Below are positions 12,566-27,500 of a stretch of DNA of 64,000 bases, piece after piece (the stretch's first letter is position 1; the number at the start of each line of letters is the position of its first letter). The translations under genes and the position numbers were made by a program. The stretch is from Gordius albopunctatus (taxonomy: Eukaryota), in assembly GCA_964276515.1 (NCBI GenBank), contig OZ193910.1:7936001-8000000 (forward strand), given 5' to 3'. The notes under the pieces are model-generated. The model was not told the origin of the DNA, made no database searches, and saw only the letters and a list, made by a program, of their open reading frames with translations.

Positions 12566-15500
12566 TTTTTCATATTTTTTCGAAAGGGAGATGAAAAAAT
12601 CTTTAAAAGTTAGTAAATATTCTTAGCATTTTGTCCTTGTTTGAATATTGATAGAAATTTATGCGTGGGGGGATGTTTGAGATTGAGAGAAATTAAAATT
12701 TTCGTGCTGCGTTTATATTGTTTCAATATCGCTTTATAAGCGTGTCTCTAGTTTTAGTGAAACAAGCTCGATGCGATCGTGATTTAGAGTTAATAATTTT
12801 TGATGACTGATCAAAAAAATGTTTTTCAAGGAATTCACCTCTTATACCGAAAACTTTCATGAGAGCTATATGGTTGAACAAAAAAATTGAAAAAATTTTG
12901 AGGTCGAAAAAATTATTATTTTTCATATTCTTTCGAAAGGGAGATGAAAAAATCTTTAAAAGTTAGTAAATATTCTTAGCATATTGTCCTCGTTAGAATC
13001 TTGATAGGAATTTATGCGTGGGGGGATGTTTTAGATTGAGAGAAATTAAAATTTTCGTGCTGCGTTTAGTTTGTTTCAATATCGCTTTATAAGCGTGTCT
13101 CTAGTTTTAGTGAAACAAGCTCTATGCGATCGTGATTTACAGTTAATAATTTTTGATGACTGATCAAAAAAATGTTTTTCAAGGAATTCACCTCTTATAC
13201 CGAAAACTTTCATGAGAGCTATATGGTTGAACAAAAAAATTGAAAAAATTTTGAGGTCGAAAAAAATATTATTTTTCAAATTCTTTCGAAAGGGAGATGA
13301 AAAAATCTTTAAAAGTTAGTAAATATTCTTAGAATTTTGTCCTTGTTAGAATCTTGATAGGAATTTTTGCGTTGGCGATGTTTGAGATTGAGAGAAATTA
13401 AAATTTTTGTGCTGCGTTTAGTTTGTTTCAATATCGCTTTATAAGCGTGTCTCTAGTTTTAGTGAAACAAGCTCTATGCGATCGTGATTTACAGTTAATA
13501 ATTTTTGATGACTGATCAAAAAAATGTTTTTCAAGGAATTCACCTCTTATACCGAAAACTTTCATGAGAGCTATATGGTTGAACAAAAAAATTGAAAAAA
13601 TTTTGAGGTCGAAAAAATTATTATTTTTCATATTCTTTCGAAAGGGAGATGAAAAAATCTTTAAAAGTTAGTAAATATTCTTAGCATTTTGTCCTTGTTA
13701 GAATCTTGATAGGAATATATGCGTGGGGGGATGTTTGAGATTGAGAGAAATTAAAATTTTCGTGTTACGTTTATATTGTTTCAATATCGCTTTATAAGCG
13801 TGTCTCTAGTTTTAGTGAAACAAGCTCTATGCGATCGTGATTTAGAGTTAATAATTTTTGATGACTGATCAAAAAAATGTTTTTCAAGGAATTCACCTCT
13901 TATACCGAAAACTTTCATGAGAGCTATATGGTTGAACAAAAAAATTGAAAAAATTTTGAGGTCGAAAAAATTATTATTTTTCATATTCTTTCGAAAGGGA
14001 GATGAAAAAATCTTTAAAAGTTAGTAAATATTCTTAGCATTTTGTCCTTGTTAGAATCTTGATAGGAATTTATCCTTGGGGGGATGTTTGAGATTGAGAG
14101 AAATTAAAATTTTCGTGTTGCGTTTATATTGTTTCAATATCGCTTTATAAGCGTGTCTCTAGTTTTAGTGAAACAAGCTCTATGCGATCGTGATTTAGAG
14201 TTAATAATTTTTGATGACTGATCAAAAAAATGTTTTTCAAGGAATTCACCTCTTATACCGAAAACTTTCATGAGAGCTATATGGTTGAACAAAAAAATTG
14301 AAAAAATTTTGAGGTCGAAAAAATTATTATTTTTCATATTCTTTCGAAAGGGAGATGAAAAAATCTTTAAAAGTTAGTAAATATTCTTAGCATATTGTCC
14401 TCGTTAGAATCTTGATAGGAATTTATGCGTGGGGGGATGTTTGAGATTGAGAGAAATTAAAATTTTCGTGCTGCGTTTATATTGTTTCAATATCGCTTTA
14501 TAAGCGTGTCTCTAGTTTTAGTGAAACAAGCTCGATGCGATCGTGATTTAGAGTTAATAATTTTTGATGACTGATCAAAAAAATGTTTTTCAAGTAATTC
14601 ACCTGTTATACCGAAAACTTTCATGAGAGCTATATGGTTGAACAAAAAAATTGAAAAAATTTTGAGGTCGAAAAAAATATTATTTTTCAAATTCCTTCGA
14701 AAGGATGATGAAAAAATCTTTAAAAGTTAGTAAATATTCTTAGCATTTTGTCCTTGTTAGAATATTGATAGAAATTTATGCGTGGGGGGATGTTTTAGAT
14801 TGAGAGAAATTAAAATTTAGGTGTTGCGTTTATATTGTTTCAATATCGCTTTATAAGCGTGTCTCTAGTTTTAGTGAAACAAGCTCTATGCGATCGTGAT
14901 TTAGAGATAATAATTTTTGACGACTGATCAAAAAAATGTTTTTAAAGGAATTCACCTCTTATACCGAAAACTTTCATGAGAGCTATATGGTTGAACAAAA
15001 AAATAGAAAAAATTTTGAGGTCGAAAAAATTATTATTTTTCATATTCTTTCGAAAGGGAGATGAAAAAATCTTTAAAAGTTAGTAAATATTCTTAGCATT
15101 TTGTCCTTGTTAGAATCTTGATAGGAATTTTTGCGTGGGGGGATGTTTTAGATTGAGAGAAATTAAAATTTAGGTGTTGCGTTTATATTGTTTCAATATC
15201 GCTTTATAAGCGAGCTCTATGCGATCGTGATTTAGTGTTAATAATTTTTGATGACTGATCAAAAAAATGTTTTTCAAGGAATTCACCTCTTATACCGAAA
15301 ACTTTCATGAGAGCTATATGGTTGAACAAAAAAATTGAAAAAATTTTGAGGTCGAAAAAATTATTATTTTTCATATTCTTTTGAAAGGGAGATGAAAAAA
15401 TCTTTAAAAATTAGTAAATATTCGTAGCATTTTGTCCTTGTTAGAATCTTGATAGGAATTTATGCGTGGAGGGATGTTTGAGATTGAGAGAAATTAAAAT

Positions 15501-18500
15501 TTTCGTGTTGCGTTTAGATTGATTCAATATCGCTTTATAAGCGTGTCTCTAGTTTTAGTGAAACAAGCTCTATGCGATCGTGATTTAGAGTTAATAATTT
15601 TTGATGACTGATCAAAAAAATGTTTTTCAAGGAATTCACCTCTTATACCGAAAACTTTCATGAGAGCTATATGGTTGAACAAAAAAATTGAAAAAATTTT
15701 GAGGTCGAAAAAATTATTATTTTTCATATTCTTTCGAAAGGGAGATGAAAAAATCTTTAAAAGTTAGTAAATATTCTTAGCATATTGTCCTCGTTAGAAT
15801 CTTGATAGGAATTTATGCGTGGGGGGATGTTTGAGATTGAGAGAAATTAAAATTTTCGTGCTGCGTTTATATTGTTTCAATATCGCTTTATAAGCGTGTC
15901 TCTAGTTTTAGTGAAACAAGCTCGATGCGATCGTGATTTAGAGTTAATAATTTTTGATGACTGATCAAAAAAATGTTTTTCAAGCAATTCACCTGTTATA
16001 CCGAAAACTTTCATGAGAGCTATATGGTTGAACAAAAAAATTGAAAAAATTTTGAGGTCGAAAAAAATATTATTTTTCAAATTCTTTCGAAAGGAGATGA
16101 AAAAATCTTTAAAAGTTATTAAATATTCTTAGCATTTTGTCCTTGTTAGAATCTTGATAGGAATTTTTGCGTGGGGGGATGTTTGAGATTGAGAGAAATT
16201 AAAATTTTCGTGTTGCGTTTAGATTGATTCAATTTCGCTTTATAAGCGTGTCTCTAGTTTTAGTGAAACAAGCTCTATGCGATCGTGATTTAGAGTTAAT
16301 AATTTTTGATGACTGATCAAAAAAATGTTTTTCAAGGAATTCACCTCCTATACGGAAAACTTTCATGAGTGCTATATGGTTGAACAAAAAAAATTAAAAC
16401 AATTTTGAGGTCGAAAAAAATATTATTTTTCATATTCTTTCGAAAGGGAGATGAAAAAATCTTTAAAAGTTATTAAATATTCTTAGCATTTTGTCCTTGT
16501 TAGAATCTTGATAGGAATTTTTGCGTGGGGGGATGTTTGAGATTGAGAGAAATTAAAATTTTCGTGTTGCGTTTAGATTGATTCAATATCGCTTTATAAG
16601 CGTGTCTCTACTTTTAGTGAAACAAGCTCTATGCGATGGTGATTCAGTGTTAATAATTTTTGATGACTGATCAAAAAAATGTTTTTCAAGGAATTCACCT
16701 CTTATACCGAAAACTTTCATGAGAACTATATGGTTGAACAAAAAAATTGAAAAAATTTTGAGGTCGAAAAAAATATTATTTTTCATATTGTTTCGAAAAG
16801 GAGATGAAAAAATCTTTAAAAGTTAGTAAATATTCTTAGCATTTTGTCCTTTCTTGATAGGAATTTTTGCGTGGGGGCTATTTGAGATTGAGAGAAATTA
16901 AAATTTCCGTGTGGCGTTTAGATTGATTCAATATCGTTTTATAAGCGTGTCTCTAGTTTTAGTGAAACAAGCTCTATGCGATCGTGATTTAGAGTTAATA
17001 ATTTTTGATGACTGATCAAAAAAATGTTTTTCAAGGAATTCATCTCTTATACGGAAAACTTTCATGAGAGCTATATGGTTGAACAAAAAAATTGAAAAAA
17101 TTTTGAGGTCGAAAAAAATATTTTTTTTTCATATTCTTTCGAAAGGGAGATGAAAAAATCTTTAAAAGTTAGTAAATATTCTTAGCATTTTGTCCTTGTT
17201 AGAATCTTGATAGGAATTTTTGCGTGGGGGGATGTTTGAGATTGAGAGAAATTAAAATTTTCGTGTTGCGTTTAGATTGATTCAATATCGCTTTATAAGC
17301 GTGTCTCTACTTTTAGTGAAACAAGCTCTATGCGATGGTGATTCAGTGTTAATAATTTTTGATGACTGATCAAAAAAATGTTTTTCAAGGAATTCACCTC
17401 TTATACCGAAAACTTTCATGAGAACTATATGGTTGAACAAAAAAATTGAAAAAATTTTGAGGTCGAAAAAAATATTATTTTTCATATTGTTTCGAAAAGG
17501 AGATGAAAAAATCTTTAAAAGTTAGTAAATATTCTTAGCATTTTGTCCTTTCTTGATAGGAATTTTTGCGTGGGGGCTATTTGAGATTGAGAGAAATTAA
17601 AATTTCCGTGTGGCGTTTAGATTGATTCAATATCGTTTTATAAGCGTGTCTCTAGTTTTAGTGAAACAAGCTCTATGCGATCGTGATTTAGAGTTAATAA
17701 TTTTTGATGAATGATCAAAAAAATGTTTTTCAAGGAATTCATCTCTTATACGGAAAACTTTCATGAGAGCTATATGGTTGAACAAAAAAAATTAAAACAA
17801 TTTCGAGGTCGAAAAAAATATTATTTTTCATATTCTTTCGAAAGGGAGATGAAAAAATCTTTAAAAGTTAGTAAATATTCTTAGCATTTTGTCCTTGTTA
17901 GAATCTTGATAGGAATTTATGCGTGGGGGGATGTTTTAGATTGAGAGAAATTAAAATTTATGTGTTGCGTTTATATTGTTTCAGTATCGCTTTATAAGCG
18001 TGTCTCTAGTTTTAGTGAAACAAGCTCTATGCGATCGTGATTTAGGGTTAATAATTTTTGATGACTGATCAAAAAAATGTTTTTCAAGGAATTCACCTCT
18101 TATACCGAAAACTTTCATGAGAGCTATATGGTTGAACAAAAAAATTGAAAAAATTTTGAGGTCGAAAAAATTATTATTTTTCATATTCTTTCGAAAGGGA
18201 GATGAAAAAATCTTTAAAAGTTAGTAAATATTCTTAGCATTTTGTCCTTGTTAGAATCTTGATAGGAATTTATCCTTGGGGGGATGTTTGAGATTGAGAG
18301 AAATTAAAATTTTCGTGTTGCGTTTATATTGTTTCAATATCGCTTTATAAGCGTGTCTCTAGTTTTAGTGAAACAAGCTCTATGCGATCGTGATTTAGAG
18401 TTAATAATTTTTGATGACTGATCAAAAAAATGTTTTTAAAGGAATTCACCTCTTATACCGAAAACTTTCATGAGAGCTATATGGTTGAACAAAAAAATTG

Positions 18501-18510
18501 AAAAAATTTT
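12566..18510. repeat. Higher-order duplicate of block 1-~5940 (~17 monomers, offset 12,565)
   Basis: Same order of variant monomers: 158/12723, 511/13076, 1922/14487 (rare CAAGTAATTC), 22-bp deletion 2641/15206, 4018/16583, 5415/17981. Confidence 0.9.
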
Positions 18511-21500
18511 GAGGTCGAAAAAATTATTATTTTTCATATTCTTTCGAAAGGGAGATGAAAAAATCTTTAAAAGTTAGTAAATATTCTTAGCATATTGTCC
18601 TCGTTAGAATCTTGATAGGAATTTATGCGTGGGGGGATGTTTGAGATTGAGAGAAATTAAAATTTTCGTGCTGTGTTTATATTGTTTCAATATCGCTTTA
18701 TAAGCGTGTCTCTAGTTTTAGTGAAACAAGCTCTATGCGATCGTGATTTAGAGATAATAATTTTTGACGACTGATCAAAAAAATGTTTTTAAAGGAATTC
18801 ACCTCTTATACCGAAAACTTTCATGAGAGCTATATGGTTGAACAAAAAAATAGAAAAAATTTTGAGGTCCAAAAAAATTATTATTTTTCATATTCTTTCG
18901 AAAGGGAGATGAAAAAATCTTTAAATGTTAGTAAATATTCTTAGCATTTTGTCCTTGTTAGAATCTTGAAAGGAATTTATGCGTGGGGGGATGTTTTAGA
19001 TTGAGAGAAATTAAAATTTAGGTGTTGCGTTTATATTGTTTCAATATCGCTTTATAATCGAGCTCTATGCGATCGTGATTTAGAGTTAATAATTTTTGAT
19101 GACTGATCAAAAAAATGTTTTTCAAGGAATTCATCTCTTATACGGAAAACTTTCATGAGAGCTATATGGTTGAACAAAAAAAATTAAAACAATTTCGAGG
19201 TCGAAAAAAATATTATTTTTCATATTCTTTCGAAAGGGAGATGAAAAAATCTTTAAAAGTTAGTAAATATTCTTAGCATTTTGTCCTTGTTTGAATATTG
19301 ATAGAAATTTATGCGTGGGGGGATGTTTGAGATTGAGAGAAATTAAAATTTTCGTGTTGCGTTTAGATTGATTCAATATCGTTTTATAAGCGTGTCTCTA
19401 GTTTTAGTGAAACAAGCTCTATGCGATCGTGATTTAGAGTTAATAATTTTTGATGACTGATCAAAAAAATGTTTTTCAAGGAATTCATCTCTTATACGGA
19501 AAACTTTCATGAGAGCTATATGGTTGAACAAAAAAAATTAAAACAATTTCGAGGTCGAAAAAAATATTATTTTTCATATTCTTTCGAAAGGGAGATGAAA
19601 AAATCTTTAAAAGTTATTAAATATTCTTAGCATTTTGTCCTTGTTAGAATCTTGATAGGAATTTTTGCGTGGGTGGATGTTTTAGATTGAGAGAAATTAA
19701 AATTTAGGTGTTGCGTTTATATTGTTTCAATATCGCTTTATAAGCGTGTCTCTAGTTTTAGTGAAACAAGCTCTATGCGATCGTGATTTAGAGTTAATAA
19801 TTTTTGATGAATGATCAAAAAAATGTTTTTCAAGGAATTCATCTCTTATACGGAAAACTTTCATGAGAGCTATATGGTTGAACAAAAAAAATTAAAACAA
19901 TTTCGAGGTCGAAAAAAATATTATTTTTCATATTCTTTCGAAAGGGAGATGAAAAAATCTTTAAAAGTTAGTAAATATTCTTAGCATTTTGTCCTTGTTA
20001 GAATCTTGATAGGAATTTATGCGTGGGTGGATGTTTTAGATTGAGAGAAATTAAAATTTATGTGTTGCGTTTATATTGTTTCAATATCGCTTTATAAGCG
20101 TGTCTCTAGTTTTAGTGAAACAAGCTCTATGCGATCGTGATTTAGGGTTAATAATTTTTGATGACTGATCAAAAAAATGTTTTTCAAGGAATTCACCTCT
20201 TATACCGAAAACTTTCATGAGAGCTATATGGTTGAACAAAAAAATTGAAAAAATTTTGAGGTCGAAAAAATTATTATTTTTCATATTCTTTCGAAAGGGA
20301 GATGAAAAAATCTTTAAAAGTTAGTAAATATTCTTAGCATTTTGTCCTTGTTAGAATCTTGATAGGAATTTATCCTTGGGGGGATGTTTGAGATTGAGAG
20401 AAATTAAAATTTTCGTGTTGCGTTTATATTGTTTCAATATCGCTTTATAAGCGTGTCTCTAGTTTTAGTGAAACAAGCTCTATGCGATCGTGATTTAGAG
20501 TTAATAATTTTTGATGACTGATCAAAAAAATGTTTTTAAAGGAATTCACCTCTTATACCGAAAACTTTCATGAGAGCTATATGGTTGAACAAAAAAATTG
20601 AAAAAATTTTGAGGTCGAAAAAATTATTATTTTTCATATTCTTTCGAAAGGGAGATGAAAAAATCTTTAAAAGTTAGTAAATATTCTTAGCATATTGTCC
20701 TCGTTAGAATCTTGATAGGAATTTATGCGTGGGGGGATGTTTGAGATTGAGAGAAATTAAAATTTTCGTGCTGTGTTTATATTGTTTCAATATCGCTTTA
20801 TAAGCGTGTCTCTAGTTTTAGTGAAACAAGCTCGATGCGATCGTGATTTAGAGTTAATAATTTTTGATGACTGATCAAAAAAATGTTTTTCAAGCAATTC
20901 ACCTGTTATACCGAAAACTTTCATGAGAACTATATGGTTGAACAAAAAAATTGAAAAAATTTTGAGGTCGAAAAAAATATTATTTTTCAAATTCTTTCGA
21001 AAGGATGATGAAATAATCTTTAAAAGTTAGTAAATATTCTTAGCATTTTGTCCTTGTTAGAATCTTGACAGAAATTTATGCGTGGGGGGATGTTTTAGAT
21101 TGAGAGAAATTAAAATTTAGGTGTTGCGTTTATATTGTTTCAATATCGCTTTATAAGCGTGTCTCTAGTTTTAGTGAAACAAGCTCTATGCGATCGTGAT
21201 TTAGAGATAATAATTTTTGACGACTGATCAAAAAAATGTTTTTAAAGGAATTCACCTCTTATACCGAAAACTTTCATGAGAGCTATATGGTTGAACAAAA
21301 AAATAGAAAAAATTTTGAGGTCCAAAAAAATTATTATTTTTCATATTCTTTCGAAAGGGAGATGAAAAAATCTTTAAATGTTAGTAAATATTCTTAGCAT
21401 TTTGTCCTTGTTAGAATCTTGAAAGGAATTTATGCGTGGGGGGATGTTTTAGATTGAGAGAAATTAAAATTTAGGTGTTGCGTTTATATTGTTTCAATAT

Positions 21501-24500
21501 CACTTTATAATCGAGCTCTATGCGATCGTGATTTAGAGTTAATAATTTTTGATGACTGATCAAAAAAATGTTTTTCAAGGAATTCATCTCTTATACCGAA
21601 AACTTTCATGAGAGCTATATGGTTGAACAAAAAAATTGAAAAAATTTTGAGGTCGAAAAAATAATATTTTTCATATTTTTTCGAAAGGGAGATGAAAAAA
21701 TCTTTAAAAGTTAGTAAATATTCTTAGCATTTTGTCCTTGTTTGAATATTGATAGAAATTTATGCGTGGGGGGATGTTTGAGATTGAGAGAAATTAAAAT
21801 TTTCGTGCTGCGTTTATATTGTTTCAATATCGCTTTATAAGCGTGTCTCTAGTTTTAGTGAAACAAGCTCGATGCGATCGTGATTTAGAGTTAATAATTT
21901 TTGATGACTGATCAAAAAAATGTTTTTCAAGGAATTCACCTCTTATACCGAAAACTTTCATGAGAGCTATATGGTTGAACAAAAAAATTGAAAAAATTTT
22001 GAGGTCGAAAAAATTATTATTTTTCATATTCTTTCGAAAGGGAGATGAAAAAATCTTTAAAAGTTAGTAAATATTCTTAGCATATTGTCCTCGTTAGAAT
22101 CTTGATAGGAATTTATGCGTGGGGGGATGTTTTAGATTGAGAGAAATTAAAATTTTCGTGCTGCGTTTAGTTTGTTTCAATATCGCTTTATAAGCGTGTC
22201 TCTAGTTTTAGTGAAACAAGGTCTATGCGATCGTGATTTACAGTTAATAATTTTTGATGACTGATCAAAAAAATGTTTTTCAAGGAATTCACCTCTTATA
22301 CCGAAAACTTTCATGAGAGCTATATGGTTGAACAAAAAAATTGAAAAAATTTTGAGGTCGAAAAAAATATTATTTTTCAAATTCTTTCGAAAGGGAGATG
22401 AAAAAATCTTTAAAAGTTAGTAAATATTCTTAGAATTTTGTCCTTGTTAGAATCTTGATAGGAATTTTTGCGTTGGCGATGTTTGAGATTGAGAGAAATT
22501 AAAATTTTCGTGCTGCGTTTAGTTTGTTTCAATATCGCTTTATAAGCGTGTCTCTAGTTTTAGTGAAACAAGCTCTATGCGATCGTGATTTACAGTTAAT
22601 AATTTTTGATGACTGATCAAAAAAATGTTTTTCAAGGAATTCACCTCTTATACCGAAAACTTTCATGAGAGCTATATGGTTGAACAAAAAAATTGAAAAA
22701 ATTTTGAGGTCGAAAAAATTATTATTTTTCATATTCTTTCGAAAGGGAGATGAAAAAATCTTTAAAAGTTAGTAAATATTCTTAGCATTTTGTCCTTGTT
22801 AGAATCTTGATAGGAATATATGCGTGGGGGGATGTTTGAGATTGAGAGAAATTAAAATTTTCGTGTTACGTTTATATTGTTTCAATATCGCTTTATAAGC
22901 GTGTCTCTAGTTTTAGTGAAACAAGCTCTATGCGATCGTGATTTAGAGTTAATAATTTTTGATGACTGATCAAAAAAATGTTTTTCAAGGAATTCACCTC
23001 TTATACCGAAAACTTTCATGAGAGCTATATGGTTGAACAAAAAAATTGAAAAAATTTTGAGGTCGAAAAAATTATTATTTTTCATATTCTTTCGAAAGGG
23101 AGATGAAAAAATCTTTAAAAGTTAGTAAATATTCTTAGCATTTTGTCCTTGTTAGAATCTTGATAGGAATATATGCGTGGGGGGATGTTTGAGATTGAGA
23201 GAAATTAAAATTTTCGTGTTACGTTTATATTGTTTCAATATCGCTTTATAAGCGTGTCTCTAGTTTTAGTGAAACAAGCTCTATGCGATCGTGATTTAGA
23301 GTTAATAATTTTTGATGACTGATCAAAAAAATGTTTTTCAAGGAATTCACCTCTTATACCGAAAACTTTCATGAGAGCTATATGGTTGAACAAAAAAATT
23401 GAAAAAATTTTGAGGTCGAAAAAATTATTATTTTTCATATTCTTTCGAAAGGGAGATGAAAAAATCTTTAAAAGTTAGTAAATATTCTTAGCATTTTGTC
23501 CTTGTTAGAATCTTGATAGGAATTTATCCTTGGGGGGATGTTTGAGATTGAGAGAAATTAAAATTTTCGTGTTGCGTTTATATTGTTTCAATATCGCTTT
23601 ATAAGCGTGTCTCTAGTTTTAGTGAAACAAGCTCTATGCGATCGTGATTTAGAGTTAATAATTTTTGATGACTGATCAAAAAAATGTTTTTCAAGGAATT
23701 CACCTCTTATACCGAAAACTTTCATGAGAGCTATATGGTTGAACAAAAAAATTGAAAAAATTTTGAGGTCGAAAAAATTATTATTTTTCATATTCTTTCG
23801 AAAGGGAGATGAAAAAATCTTTAAAAGTTAGTAAATATTCTTAGCATATTGTCCTCGTTAGAATCTTGATAGGAATTTATGCGTGGGGGGATGTTTGAGA
23901 TTGAGAGAAATTAAAATTTTCGTGCTGCGTTTATATTGTTTCAATATCGCTTTATAAGCGTGTCTCTAGTTTTAGTGAAACAAGCTCGATGCGATCGTGA
24001 TTTAGAGTTAATAATTTTTGATGACTGATCAAAAAAATGTTTTTCAAGCAATTCACCTCTTATACCGAAAACTTTCATGAGAGCTATATGGTTGAACAAA
24101 AAAATTGAAAAAATTTTGAGGTCGAAAAAAATATTATTTTTCAAATTCCTTCGAAAGGATGATGAAAAAATCTTTAAAAGTTAGTAAATATTCTTAGCAT
24201 TTTGTCCTTGTTAGAATATTGATAGAAATTTATGCGTGGGGGGATGTTTTAGATTGAGAGAAATTAAAATTTAGGTGTTGCGTTTATATTGTTTCAATAT
24301 CGCTTTATAAGCGTGTCTCTAGTTTTAGTGAAACAAGCTCTATGCGATCGTGATTTAGAGATAATAATTTTTGACGACTGATCAAAAAAATGTTTTTAAA
24401 GGAATTCACCTCTTATACCGAAAACTTTCATGAGAGCTATATGGTTGAACAAAAAAATAGAAAAAATTTTGAGGTCGAAAAAATTATTATTTTTCATATT

Positions 24501-27500
24501 CTTTCGAAAGGGAGATGAAAAAATCTTTAAAAGTTAGTAAATATTCTTAGCATTTTGTCCTTGTTAGAATCTTGATAGGAATTTTTGCGTGGGGGGATGT
24601 TTTAGATTGAGAGAAATTAAAATTTAGGTGTTGCGTTTATATTGTTTCAATATCGCTTTATAAGCGAGCTCTATGCGATCGTGATTTAGTGTTAATAATT
24701 TTTGATGACTGATCAAAAAAATGTTTTTCAAGGAATTCACCTCTTATACCGAAAACTTTCATGAGAGCTATATGGTTGAACAAAAAAATTGAAAAAATTT
24801 TGAGGTCGAAAAAATTATTATTTTTCATATTCTTTTGAAAGGGAGATGAAAAAATCTTTAAAAATTAGTAAATATTCGTAGCATTTTGTCCTTGTTAGAA
24901 TCTTGATAGGAATTTATGCGTGGAGGGATGTTTGAGATTGAGAGAAATTAAAATTTTCGTGTTGCGTTTAGATTGATTCAATATCGCTTTATAAGCGTGT
25001 CTCTAGTTTTAGTGAAACAAGCTCTATGCGATCGTGATTTAGAGTTAATAATTTTTGATGACTGATCAAAAAAATGTTTTTCAAGGAATTCACCTCTTAT
25101 ACCGAAAACTTTCATGAGAGCTATATGGTTGAACAAAAAAATTGAAAAAATTTTGAGGTCGAAAAAATTATTATTTTTCATATTCTTTCGAAAGGGAGAT
25201 GAAAAAATCTTTAAAAGTTAGTAAATATTCTTAGCATATTGTCCTCGTTAGAATCTTGATAGGAATTTATGCGTGGGGGGATGTTTGAGATTGAGAGAAA
25301 TTAAAATTTTCGTGCTGCGTTTATATTGTTTCAATATCGCTTTATAAGCGTGTCTCTAGTTTTAGTGAAACAAGCTCGATGCGATCGTGATTTAGAGTTA
25401 ATAATTTTTGATGACTGATCAAAAAAATGTTTTTCAAGCAATTCACCTGTTATACCGAAAACTTTCATGAGAGCTATATGGTTGAACAAAAAAATTGAAA
25501 AAATTTTGAGGTCGAAAAAAATATTATTTTTCAAATTCTTTCGAAAGGAGATGAAAAAATCTTTAAAAGTTATTAAATATTCTTAGCATTTTGTCCTTGT
25601 TAGAATCTTGATAGGAATTTTTGCGTGGGGGGATGTTTGAGATTGAGAGAAATTAAAATTTTCGTGTTGCGTTTAGATTGATTCAATTTCGCTTTATAAG
25701 CGTGTCTCTAGTTTTAGTGAAACAAGCTCTATGCGATCGTGATTTAGAGTTAATAATTTTTGATGACTGATCAAAAAAATGTTTTTCAAGGAATTCACCT
25801 CCTATACGGAAAACTTTCATGAGTGCTATATGGTTGAACAAAAAAAATTAAAACAATTTTGAGGTCGAAAAAAATATTATTTTTCATATTCTTTCGAAAG
25901 GGAGATGAAAAAATCTTTAAAAGTTATTAAATATTCTTAGCATTTTGTCCTTGTTAGAATCTTGATAGGAATTTATGCGTGGAGGGATGTTTGAGATTGA
26001 GAGAAATTAAAATTTTCGTGTTGCGTTTAGATTGATTCAATATCGCTTTATAAGCGTGTCTCTAGTTTTAGTGAAACAAGCTCTATGCGATCGTGATTTA
26101 GAGTTAATAATTTTTGATGACTGATCAAAAAAATGTTTTTCAAGGAATTCACCTCTTATACCGAAAACTTTCATGAGAGCTATATGGTTGAACAAAAAAA
26201 TAGAAAAAATTTTGAGGTCGAAAAAATTATTATTTTTCATATTCTTTCGAAAGGGAGATGAAAAAATCTTTAAAAGTTAGTAAATATTCTTAGCATTTTG
26301 TCCTTGTTAGAATCTTGAAAGGAATTTATGCGTGGGGGGATGTTTTAGATTGAGAGAAATTAAAATTTAGGTGTTGCGTTTATATTGTTTCAATATCGCT
26401 TTATAAGCGTGTCTCTAGTTTTAGTGAAACAAGCTCTATGCGATCGTGATTTAGAGTTAATAATTTTTGATGACTGATCAAAAAAATGTTTTTCAAGGAA
26501 TTCACCTCTTATACCGAAAACTTTCATGAGAGCTATATGGTTGAACAAAAAAATTGAAAAAATTTTGAGGTCGAAAAAAATATTGTTTTTCAAATTCTTT
26601 CGAAAGGGAGATGAAAAAATCTTTAAAAGTTAGTAAATATTCTTAGAATTTTGTCCTTGTTAGAATCTTGATAGGAATTTTTGCGTTGGCGATGTTTGAG
26701 ATTGAGAGAAAATAAAATTTTCGTGCTGCGTTTAGTTTGTTTCAATATCGCTTTATAAGCGTGTCTCTAGTTTTAGTGAAACAAGCTCTATGCGATCGTG
26801 ATTTACAGTTAATAATTTTTGATGACTGATCTAAAAAATGTTTTTCAAGGAATTCACCTCTTATACCGAAAACTTTCATGAGAGCTATATGGTTGAACAA
26901 AAAAATTGAAAAAATTTTGAGGTCGAAAAAATTATTATTTTTCATATTCTTTCGAAAGGGAGATGAAAAAATCTTTAAAAGTTAGTAAATATTCTTAGCA
27001 TTTTGTCCTTGTTAGAATCTTGATAGGAATATATGCGTGGGGGGATGTTTGAGATTGAGAGAAATTAAAATTTTCGTGTTGCGTTTATATTGTTTCAATA
27101 TCGCTTTATAAGCGTGTCTCTAGTTTTAGTGAAACAAGCTCTATGCGATCGTGATTTAGAGATAATAATTTTTGACGACTGATCAAAAAAATGTTTTTAA
27201 AGGAATTCACCTCTTATACCGAAAACTTTCATGAGAGCTATATGGTTGAACAAAAAAATAGAAAAAATTTTGAGGTCGAAAAAATTATTATTTTTCATAT
27301 TCTTTCGAAAGGGAGATGAAAAAATCTTTAAAAGTTAGTAAATATTCTTAGCATTTTGTCCTTGTTAGAATCTTGAAAGGAATTTATGCGTGGGGGGATG
27401 TTTTAGATTGAGAGAAATTAAAATTTAGGTGTTGCGTTTATATTGTTTCAATATCGCTTTATAAGCGTGTCTCTAGTTTTAGTGAAACAAGCTCTATGCG

